A DNA stretch of 50,759 nucleotides, the filler included, from Streblomastix strix (taxonomy: Eukaryota), in NCBI GenBank assembly GCA_008636045.1. It is 3 parts of 3 records of this genome, joined end to end, with 100 filler letters (N's around TTAATTAATTAA, not from the genome) between each part and the next. Parts side by side here need not be neighbours in the genome. Positions count along the whole stretch, not along the records: positions 1 to 16,857 come from SNRW01000760.1; positions 16,958 to 33,812 come from SNRW01000761.1; 1 more part is not named here. One strand, 5' to 3'. Both the position numbers and the translations under genes were made by a program. Positions 11,792 to 22,744 of this stretch are shown piece after piece. Within the stretch, counting starts at the first letter, position 1; every line of letters begins with the position of its first letter. A model generated the notes under the pieces. The model made no database searches. It worked only from the letters and a program-made list of their open reading frames with translations, and was not told where the DNA came from.

Positions 11792-14700
11792 ATGGAAGGA
11801 GAAGATTTTGGCAAGAAGTTTGTTTATTTTTTGTATTTATCTTAAATTTTTACACCAAATATTTTTCTCATAATTTTTACAAAGTTGCTCATTTGAGACC
11901 TGCAATAAACTTGATTTTCTTCCAATATAATGCTCAAGGTATGCATTCTTTAAGTTTATTTTTCAAATTTATTTTTATTTATATTCAGCTGCAAGAAGTA
12001 ATTTTGCAATAAGCATTTTCACCCAGAAGCACATTTCTGTAAAAGTATGAGAATTCATCTATGTTATCAAATAATTAATTTATTTTTATTTCTTTTGTTT
12101 GGATTAAAGTGCATCAATTTGAATCAAAAAATAGAGTTTCTGTAAAATGTTCGATTTGTAAAAAGATTGTTTATGTGGGAAATGAGGGTAATCTTGAAGA
12201 TATTGTTTGCTCTTATTATAATATTGATTAATAATAAAAATAATTAATTTATATTATTATTAATAATAAGATGAATGAGCATATAAACAGCGGGTGTAAA
12301 CTTCATCTAATAGAACTTAGGAATACTATCATTACTCATAGTTGCTAATTTAATGATTGTTAGAAATAATCATAAACTCAATTTTTCTGCAATTAATGCT
12401 AGAAATAATTCTGTTCTGAGTTTGATTTATTTATTATAATATATTATATATTAAATAAAATTCATAATTTATGCATATTCCAATTTATATTTAGTCATCG
12501 TCTTCCAGAAGAGCATAACTGTATTCATTAATAAAAAGCTAAAATTGGTGATGAAAAAAAAGAGATACAATAAAAAAGTTAATATTCCTTAAAATAAATT
12601 GAAATAGTCAAATAAAATCATAATTTAGAAACACTCAAATAAGAATTGAATGAAATCAAATATGATATGAAATCAATTAGGATACAATCATGTGTGATTA
12701 ATTTAATAACATTTTTTGTATTTTTTATACAATTAAAATTTTTATTAAATTTTCAATCTTTATTTTTTAATAATTTATTATTTAGAAGAAAACCAAAAAC
12801 CAAATTAATTTGAAGATATTTTGAGATTGAAAGGATATATTGTATGATAGTTATTATTATTCATAATTCTTTCTTATTTTTGATTTTATTCAAATTTTTG
12901 ATGTACTTTGCAGCCACTTGTTAAGCTTGGTATTTAAATTATTATTGATTAAACTATTTTTTGATTATTTTAATTTTCTTTCATTAGGTCAGGACAATTT
13001 CGGATGGTGTGAAAAATCTCAATTTTTATTTTATATTTATAATATATTATTTTTATTTATCTTCAGCATATATCTTTGCTATGACTTTGAAATATGCAAT
13101 ATTTTTGCAGTGGGGATTATTCATAGTGATAAATATGATTAAAGTGAAATTGATGCTTCATTTGATATTCATGGGTTTGTATTTTATTTTAATTTACTTT
13201 AAATTAAATTAAATTTTAATTTACTATATATTTTATCAAAGTAAACCCAAAATCTTTAAGATAGAATTCATTGGAATAGTTAATGAAATTCCTTATCAAT
13301 TCATTGCTTTAAATTTTGAGTGCATGAATGTTTGATTATTAATTAATTTATATTTAATGTATTATTTTATATTATTATATTATTTTAGTCTATTAGCTCA
13401 ATTGCAAACGATTATATAAAATAAAAAGAAATAGTAAAATAGGTGAAAATAGATTAATAATCAGATTATTCATAATTATCTTAATCTTAATTAACTTTAT
13501 CAGCTTTATAATAAGAAGTAACAATTTAAAGCCATATACATGAGAACCAAGATGAACAATCATAATCTCTTTTTAACACTTAATTATCATCAATTCTTAC
13601 CTAAATATAATAAATTCCTGGATTTCAGTTAAATGAAAATTAATTATCATTATTAGAAATATAGGAATAGTTATAAGCTGTTTTAATTTAAATTTAGATT
13701 TAAAATAATCTTGATTAAATTAAAGAGCAATTTGAATAATTTGATAGTCTGTAACTTCTATAAAAGGATATTGTTTGCGCTTCTCTTATCAAATTTCTTC
13801 ATGAAAATGAATTTAATTATAAAAACATCAAACAAATTGAAATCATTGATACTCTTTTGTATATTTTAACTGAATATCATCTTGAAAAATTATATCCAAA
13901 TTATGTAAAACCACTTATTGAATTATTAAGATTAGATGTTGATCTTCAAAATGATATTATTATTCAATGCATAATTTTGAAATGGGGCCAAAGAATTCTT
14001 GATTGTGAAAATTAATTAATTTTAAGAACTTAATTGGAATCATTTTATGGTATAATTTCAGCTATTAAAATGTCTGATAAAGATAATATACATCCACTGA
14101 GAATTTGGATCTTGAGAAATAAAAGGATGAACAAACTTATTGAGATATTTAATAATGATTAATATGAAAATAAAAGAATTAATGTTTATGCAACTTTAAT
14201 AATTAAAGAATTATTTCAAATTGAATGCCTTTCTCCTAAAAAAACATTAGATTTAATTAAATTCCTCTAGTAATAACCTTAAAGTAAATATATGAACTCT
14301 CACTAATATTTAGCATTTTTCTATCATTAATAATGTGAAGATTATATTAGATTAATATTTCACCCTAAAATCTAAGATCATTCATCATTATATGATTAGT
14401 ATAAATTATCAGAACTTTCTGAAATTTATTGTTAACTTTTAATAATTTAACTTTAAGATCAGCATGTTGATGAACATTGTTAACAAATAATAAATTCAGG
14501 AAAGGTTAGTGAACTATTAAATATATTCCTTAATCGACCTTTGAAATAAATAACTAAACCTTATTCTGAATTGTTTCTCTTACTTACATCATTTAGTTAG
14601 GAAATTATAATAGAATTATATAGTCTAAATCCATATCCTTCTCTTCTTCGCTTACTTGATCACGAAGATATTGAAGTTGTTTAAGATACAATTTACTCAA

Positions 14701-16857
14701 TTTTCAATATTATTTTTGTAGGATCATGTACAACTTCATTAATTTCTCAACATCCTCATTTCTAAGTTATGATTGAAAATGATGGAATAAATATAATATT
14801 TAAAATGTTTTAAAGAAAAGATATAAGTATATATTCAAGAGATTCTGCAGTGAAATGTATTGTAAATTTATTTAGATCATAAGAAATCACAAATCTGGAA
14901 ATGAAGAAATAAATAATTTCATATCTAATTTCTATGGTATCAGATCGAAAAAATGAAGAAAGGGGAAGTGCTTTAATGATGCTTAGTATTTTAGAACAGA
15001 ATTCGGGTATAATAATTAAATTTTACAAATTTATTTGAAAATTATACATATTTTTTTTCTTTCCTAATCTTTCTTTTATAATTGAAAATTTATTAGAAAT
15101 ATTAAATTATATTGATTTGAATAAAATTTCAAATGACCTTAAGATGAGAGTTGTAGTAAATGAAGAATAAAAATTTAAAATATAAATCTAATAAGAATAA
15201 TATTATATATTATTACAATTAATAATTTTAAATCAAAATGATGATTAATTTCTATAACAAATAATTAATTCTGGAATAGTTAAATCACTTCTCAATTTCT
15301 TATAATATAGAGATTTAAAATTAATATCTAAACTCTTTTCTAATTTATTTCTCCAACTTACAATCTCATCTAATGAAATCAAGATTTAATTATTCAATCT
15401 AAATCCTTATCCTTCTCTTCTCCGACTTCTTGAACATTAAGACATTGAAATTGTTTGTGGTGCAATCTATTCTATCTTCAATATTCTCCATGCAGGATCA
15501 TATTAAACTCCATCAACTTCTCATCATTCTCATTTCTAAGTTATGATTGAAAATGATGGAATAAATAAAATATTAAAAATGTTTCAAAGATAAGATATAA
15601 ACAATTTTTCAAAAGATTCTGCAGCTTTTTGTATTGGTATTTTGTTCAGAGCTCAAGAAATATCAAATTCAGAAATGAAGAAAGAAATAATTTCACATCT
15701 AATTTCAGTAATAAACGATCCAAAAATTGAAAATAAGGATGATACAATAGATTCTTTCAATTGTCTTGTTTAGAATGCATGTATTTTTTTTAATAAATTT
15801 TTAAAAATAAATTTAATAATTGATTTTTTCATAATTAATTTCAATATTAACAAATGCAGAAAATGATTATAAGAGTATTGCAGTTTTCATTCTCAAAGAT
15901 CTAGCATAGAATAATGGTATTATAAAAACTTATAGTTAATTATTAAATTAATTTTAATTAAAATAATTTTATATTATTATATTAGATAATCTATCTGAAA
16001 TAATGAATTAAGTTGATTTTTGCAAGATTTCAAATGATATTCAATAACTTATTATCTGAAATGGTGTATTAAAAACTGTGATGATTAATAATCTGGAGAA
16101 CTAATGTCATCTTCTTTATGCAATTTTAAAAGATCGAGAAGATGATTAATTGAGAGAAAAATTAATAAGCACAGGGGTAGTTGAGGGATTTCTCAAAATT
16201 TTCTCATCTTTTGATTTGAATACAATAACTTATCCATTTGTATAAGTCTTTTTAGCATTCTCGCTTTCAAATAGTTTCACTTTGATTCAACTCCTAGTTA
16301 AAAGCAAGCCATTTCCTTCTTTACTTCGCCTTTTTAATCATACAGATGAAGAAATTGTTTCTGATGTAATTGCCATAATTAGCTTCATCATATATACTGG
16401 AGCTTTTAGAACAAATCCAACATTAACTCATCCATATTATGAAGATTTAGCTTAAGTAGGAGGTATTTAAAAGATATTCTCACTATTTAGAATAACAAAA
16501 CATGAATTTACTAAAAATATCTCTGCAACTTGTCTTGGTATTGTATTCAGAGCTCGTGAAATGACTGATCCTGAAATGAAAATTGAAATTATATCTCATC
16601 AAAAATCAATAATCAATCATGAAAATTATGATATGAGGAAATTGGTGAATCTTGCATTGAAATGTCTTGCTCAAAACTCTGGTGTGATTTTTGTAATACA
16701 ACAATTTTGATAAAAATTATATCTCAAAAATAAAATTATTATATATTTAGTTAATAGGATTGAAATTTAGAAAGATGGATTTAATATTTCAATTGATGTT
16801 AGTGAAGAATAATTGATATAAGAAGCAGTTTTGCAATCTCTTAAAGATTATAATAAA
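11792..16857 (+). CDS. Chimeric protein: AIRAP/ZFAND2-like double AN1 zinc finger, pseudokinase N-lobe fragment, ARM-like repeats and C-terminal UIM (3' end at contig edge; in-frame TGA at 16057-16059)
   Basis: MEGEDFGKNCSFETCNKLDFLPIQCSSCKKQFCNKHFHPEAHFC (AN1), CSIC...HINSGC, and a second AN1 ending HRLPEEHNC. Then LGQDNFGCIYLCYD...FAVGII (kinase subdomains I-II, degenerate), three clear units with PYPSLLRLL-HPHFQ-DGINKI-CIGILFRAQEI, and SEEQLIQEAVLQSLKDY. All inferred GT-AG junctions keep frame. Confidence 0.7.
14400..16681 (+). repeat. Three diverged ARM/HEAT-like coding repeat units (about 200-230 aa) separated by phase-1 introns
   Basis: Near-identical blocks such as cctcatttctaagttatgattgaaaatgatggaataaata occur at about 14753 and 15528. 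A third, more diverged unit lies at 15986-16681. Confidence 0.8.
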
Positions 16858-16957
16858 NNNNNNNNNNNNNNNNNNNNNNNNNNNNNNNNNNNNNNNNNNN
16901 NTTAATTAATTAANNNNNNNNNNNNNNNNNNNNNNNNNNNNNNNNNNNNNNNNNNNN
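16858..16957. other. Artificial contig linker (N44-TTAATTAATTAA-N44)
   Basis: Exactly 100 nt with an all-frame stop oligo at 16902-16913. An identical structure occurs at 33813-33912. Confidence 0.98.
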
Positions 16958-17059
16958 TATATTTTACTTATTTGAAATTTATTAACACTATATAATTGAT
17001 TTAAAATAATGATTTAATTTTTTAATTTAACTTATAATTTTAACTCTATTGAATAAAAG

Positions 17060-17707
17060 GAGGAATATTTGGAAGTAATACTACTGCGCCAACTCCAAGT
17101 TATAAAATTATTATTCATTATTAATATATAATTTATTTTATATTTATAATTATTAGGTCTATTTGGACCTTAATCAAACGCAATTGGATCTGTATTACCA
17201 TATGGAGGTTTATTTGGGAATTAAGGTAATTTATATTTATGGTTAATATTAATTTATTTTAATATAATTAATTATAACATTTATTATTTATAAATAGGAA
17301 CAAAAAATGAGTAGAATGTCGATGGTGTTGGATCTTAACTTCAATCTCAATAGCAAGCTTACCACTTTGAACACCCAACTCAAGATGGAATGATTGGATT
17401 ATCTCATCCATTGCATTCTTATAAATAATATGGATTGAGTGGAAGTCAGGAATAGTAAGGAGGAACATACACGTATCCTTCATATCCTCCATAACATGTT
17501 GGCTCACTATTCTTTGGTCAGATACGCCCAACTCCATTCGGAATATAGAACCTTCAACAGCAAACCTCAGGATTGTACATCTCTCCACAGAAAACAGGAA
17601 TTTCCATCACACCAACCCCAGGATATGGCATCTACATCACTCAAACTCCTAATGGATGTATTTGCATAGTGCCAATTCCAATAGAAAGCATCCCATTTGG
17701 ATTTTGA
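17060..17707 (+). CDS. 3' part of an xLFG/FG-repeat, Gly/Pro/Gln-rich protein (nucleoporin-like; 5' partial)
   Basis: Exons 17060-17098 (GGIFGSNTTAPTP), 17157-17225 (SLFGPQ...GGLFGNQ) and 17298-17707 ending ESIPFGF-TGA. All introns are phase 1. Confidence 0.55.
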
Positions 17708-18196
17708 TATAACTCAACAATGATCTGATAATGACAGCGCTTACAGGCTATATAAGAAGAAGCGATTTATTTATTTGTTTTTTTTTTGATATTGCTTGTA
17801 CGACTACATATTCTAACAATACACTTTATATAAAAACTAGCAAAGATTTATTCCTTTTGTTTTTAGTTTGAAAATTAAGAAAATTTAATCAAAAAATTCA
17901 TTAGAAATACTTCTGATTTAATTGATCTATTTTCAGAGGATTTATCTGATCAGTAATAACTTTTCATCGTTTTTATTCACTTGCATAAGCTTAAAAACAA
18001 TAGTAATTACATTATTTACATAGATAATAATTCAACTAATATATTAAGCAATATTAATCAAATATTTTAATATTAAATTTAAATAAAAATAATTTTTTTT
18101 CAGAAAAATTGGATTTTTATACAATAAAATGAATTTAATACTATTTATCGTTTATAATTATATTTTTTTTTAATATTTCTTTAAACAGATATAATA

Positions 18197-21100
18197 ATGG
18201 TAGAATGGGCAACAAAGGATGAGCTGCGCAACATCATGGAATAGCGTGATGTTAATGTTCTTCAAAAGTACGGTGGAATTGAAGGCGTTTTAAATCGCGT
18301 ACATGGATCTCGAGATGGTCTACCAACCAATTCGCCCGATTTTAATGAACGTGAAACAATGTTTGCTGAAATTTTGTGATTTCATTTTAATAGTACTTTT
18401 ACTATTATTAATTTATATTGAGAACATTCAGCTTTGGTAAGAACCAATTCCCAACACCGAAAACCAAACCATTTTTATCTCTTTGGTTTGAAGCGTTCAA
18501 CGATCGAACGCTTATCATTCTTATTATACTTGCAATTATTTCGCTAGCTTCTGCAATCTTGATTGAAAAAGGAGAGAACTACTCTTGGATGGATGGTTCA
18601 GCAATACTTGCAACAGTTTGTATTGTTACACTAGTTTCATCATTCAATACTTGGTCATAAGAGAGACAATTCCAGAAGCTCAACGAAAGACAAAAAGAAA
18701 GAAACATTCTTCTTATTCGTGATGGTCAAACAGTTCAAGAGTCAATCTTCAATATTCGAGTTGGTGATGTGTTTGTTGTTCAAACAGGTGAGATCCTTCC
18801 AGTTGATGGACTCATTCTTGAATCAAGTGATATTACTTGTGATGAAGCACCAATGACAGGAGAGAGCAATCTAATCAAGAAGGATATTGGCAGATGCCCA
18901 TTTATGCTGTGTGGATGCAAAGTTCAAACAGGTGTTGGTAGAATGGTTGTTGTTGCAGTTGGACTTGAGACTTAATTTGGTCAGGTGAAGAAAGCTATTT
19001 TGGAAAACACAAAAGAGAGATAACCCACTCCACTTTAACAGAAGCTGACTGGATTGTCTGAAACGGTTGGTAATTTAGGTTTCATAGCAGCACTTGCCAC
19101 TTTATTCCTTCTAATTACTTTTTGGGGCTTCGCACTCTATCGTGAACCAAAGTTATGGGAAGGTGGGAAATATCTTCTTGTATTGATTGACTACTTCATT
19201 ATTGCTGTTACTATAATTGTTATGGCTGTACCTGAAGTGTGTTAGAAAATTATATATTAGTATTGTCATAGATAGTTTTATAATAATAATAATAAAAAGA
19301 ACATTAATGAAAACCAATTTTAATTTAATTTTTTTTTAAATTATTACCACATACTATTAAAAGGGTCTTCCATTAGCAGTCACAATCTCACTTGCCTACT
19401 CAATGAAACGGATGCTTAAAGATAACAATCTTGTCCGCAGACTTGAATCATGTGAGACAATGGGAGGAGCAACAACCATATGTTCTGATAAAACAGGGAC
19501 ACTCACTAAAAATATTATGGAAACTACATCAGGATTCTTTGATGGTGCATATAGATCTAATTTATCACAACTTGGGGTTGATTTTGGAGAAGAAACCAAA
19601 GATCGACATCATAAAAGCCTTGCACAACTGAATCCACCATCATAAGCATACATCAAGTTACTCTCAAAAGGAATATCATTGAATTCAACATCAAATATTA
19701 AGAGAAACACTGATTAGAGCGAATAGAAGTACAAATACTTGGGTAATGTGACTGAATGTGCCATGCTTGCTATGATAACTGATCTTGGAAGGTCATATGA
19801 TATTATCCGTGACTCATACAAGACTGTTTAAATATTTCCTTTTTCATCTGAAAGGAAAAGAATGTCCACATTATTGTTGAAGAAGAAAGAAGCATCCCAG
19901 GATGTGTTGTATCTATTCACAAAAGGAGCAAGTGAGATTGTATCAACGCTATGCACAACAGTTGCAGTTACTGGGAGAGATAGATATAGTATAGAAAAAC
20001 GCATAATTGACAATGAATACAGAAGAATGATAAATGAATGCATTCAATAGATGGCATCTAATGGTCTTCGAACAATAGCTATTGCTGGAAAGGTTATTAA
20101 TAAATCTGAATTACCAGCTGGAAATCTGTTTGATGGTGTGAATCCGTATCCTGATGACAGTGCACCAGAAAAAGATCTTACTCTTATTGGCATATGCGGA
20201 ATTAAAGATCCATTGCGTCCTGAAGTACCAAATGCAATTGCGGATTGTAAAACTGCAAAGATTGTTGTTCGAATGGTAACAGGTATTGATTTATTATTAT
20301 TGTATTATTTAATGATTATTATAACTCTTGTTTATAGGAGATAATATCAATACAGCCATGAATATTGCACAGAGCTGTGGAATCTATGAACCAAAAGTAG
20401 GAGTTGCAATTGAAGGTCCAGTTTTTAGAGAATTAAATGAAGATGATCGATTGAGATTGATTCCAAGGATATAAGTTATGGCCAGGTATATATATATATA
20501 TATATATATATGAGAAAGTATATTCATATTCAAATATAATATTATATTCATCCACTTCTCTATAATATAATTCTCAGATCATCTCCAATTGATAAACATC
20601 TTCTTGTTTCTGGATTATAGAAACTTGGTCATGTAGTAGCTGTTACTGGAGATGGTATATACTAACTTTTATCTCAATGTTTATTTCATTATATTATTAA
20701 ATATTATTATAATTAATTATTACTATAATTGATAGGAACAAATGACGCTCCAGCACTTTCAAAAGCAGATGTTGGATTTGCAATGGGAATAACTGGTATA
20801 ATAATTAAGAAATTATTAAATAAAAATAAATATATATTTTTATATATAACGTTATCTTATTCATATTAATTGAATTTTTTATTATAGGAACTGAAGTTGC
20901 AAAAGATGCTGCAGCTATTATTATTACTGATGATAACTTTGCTTCAATTGTCAAAGCATCAATGTGGGGTCGTAATGTTTATGATTCTATTCGGTATAAA
21001 AATGATATAAAAACTATTTAATAGGAAATTTTATTATACTAAATACATTTAACGTTGAGAATATATGTTAAAATTCTTTATTAATTTTTTACAATTTAAT

Positions 21101-22310
21101 TTAATTTAATTTATTATTAAATAGTAAATTCATACAATTCCAACTTACCGTAAATCTTGTTGCAATATCAATATCTGTAATTGGGGCCATATTTGCCATT
21201 ACTCCACTTACTGCATTACAAATGTTATGGGTTAATCTAATCATGGATACTTTAGCTGCATTAGCGTTAGCAACAGAAATACCCACACGAATGTTATTGA
21301 AACGAGATCCTTATGGAAAGGAAGATCCGATTATCTGTGGAACAATGTGGAGGAATATTATTGCTGGATTTGTTTATTAATTGAGTGTGCTTTGTATTAT
21401 ACTCTTCTTATGGGGTGAAGACGATACTAGAGTTCCATGTCCTCTTGAATAAGGTGATGAAATTGAATTGTCTCATTTGCTATTCCCTAATGGATTATGC
21501 AAGAAATATCTGCTGGATCCAACTGTTCATGTATTTTCAAAGTAACACTTTGCTTTTCTTTTCAACACATTCATTTTTATGCAACTGGGTAATGAAGTCA
21601 CAAGTAGAACATGTTATAATTAACTCAATTTCTTCAATAGAATTCTTTCTGCACATATGTTTCTCGGAGTTGTAATAGTGACTCTCTTTCTTTAAATCGG
21701 CATAATGCTCATTCCTGGAGTTACAGCTGTCTTTGGAATCATACCCATAACAAATCGTCAATGGATCTTATCTTTAATATTCGGTGTTGGAATCATCCCA
21801 TTCCAACTTCTCATTCGTATATTCATTCCCTTAAAAGAGCCATTCCATGGAGCAATAAATATATAAGATGATGGAGGAGTACCTCCTGGTGTATATACTC
21901 TTGCAGATGGAGCACCAGATGGATGTTAATTAAACATACACAGCGCACAGAGTATCATTGCAGATGCAGTACATGAGAATGGTATAGATCCAGTTGCTTA
22001 TATACCAAGAGCACCTGCTCCAGTGAAATATGAGTTGAGAGGTCATATCCGTGAAGGTGAAGAACAACCAAAGTTGTTTGATGTGGTTTCAAGAGCTTAT
22101 ACCAAACATCTCCGTCTTAGAGCTAAGGCATTCTATTCATAGCCACATTTAATCAAGGAAAATTTTATTTTATCGGATTACTCTCTAAATTCTCGCGTTG
22201 GTGCAGAATATAACAGTGAATTTTAGAAAAAAATGACATCTCGCTTCAAAAGAGCCGCTACAAAAACAGCTGTTTCAATAAAATAAGGAAGCGGTGATAA
22301 ATATGAATGA
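18197..22310 (+). CDS. P-type IIB (PMCA/Pmc1-like) Ca2+-transporting ATPase
   Basis: [29 protein letters not shown] (phosphorylated Asp), [39 protein letters not shown] and [20 protein letters not shown] across about 8 exons. TGA at 22308-22310. Confidence 0.95.
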
Positions 22311-22744
22311 TATAACATCATTTAATCATACCGCAAGATCTGTATTTAAAATATATTTACCACCAAGTATTTATTAGTTTTTTTTAATATTCAGTTGAAA
22401 TAAACGCTCATAATAATTTTATAAAATAATAGTTTGAATTTTGGTACATAATTAAATTATTAATTTTTATCGATACTTGAAGTCAATGAAATGAAGCAAT
22501 ATTAGGATAATTTATTTTGCTAGATTTCCAGTAAACTTAGTATGATTTCCTTCACTTAACATAATGCAAAAGTAGTTGTCAATATTTTAATTATATATGG
22601 ATATTAAAAAACCAGCAATCTACAAAGCCAATAAACGACCTTAAACTAAATTGGAAATTTTCCATTTTATTTCTCTTATAGCTATTAATTTTGTTCTTTT
22701 AATATTAATATATTTGCTTATTACATTCATTTAAATCAGAATTA

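Noticed and set aside
16858..16957. TTAATTAATTAA palindrome within N runs (also 33813-33912) as a biological site
   Set aside because: Fixed 44+12+44 layout between contigs of descending length (16857, 16855, 16847) marks a concatenation linker. Adjacency across it has no meaning.
20487..20511. (TA)n tract
   Set aside because: Ordinary microsatellite at the start of a PMCA intron.
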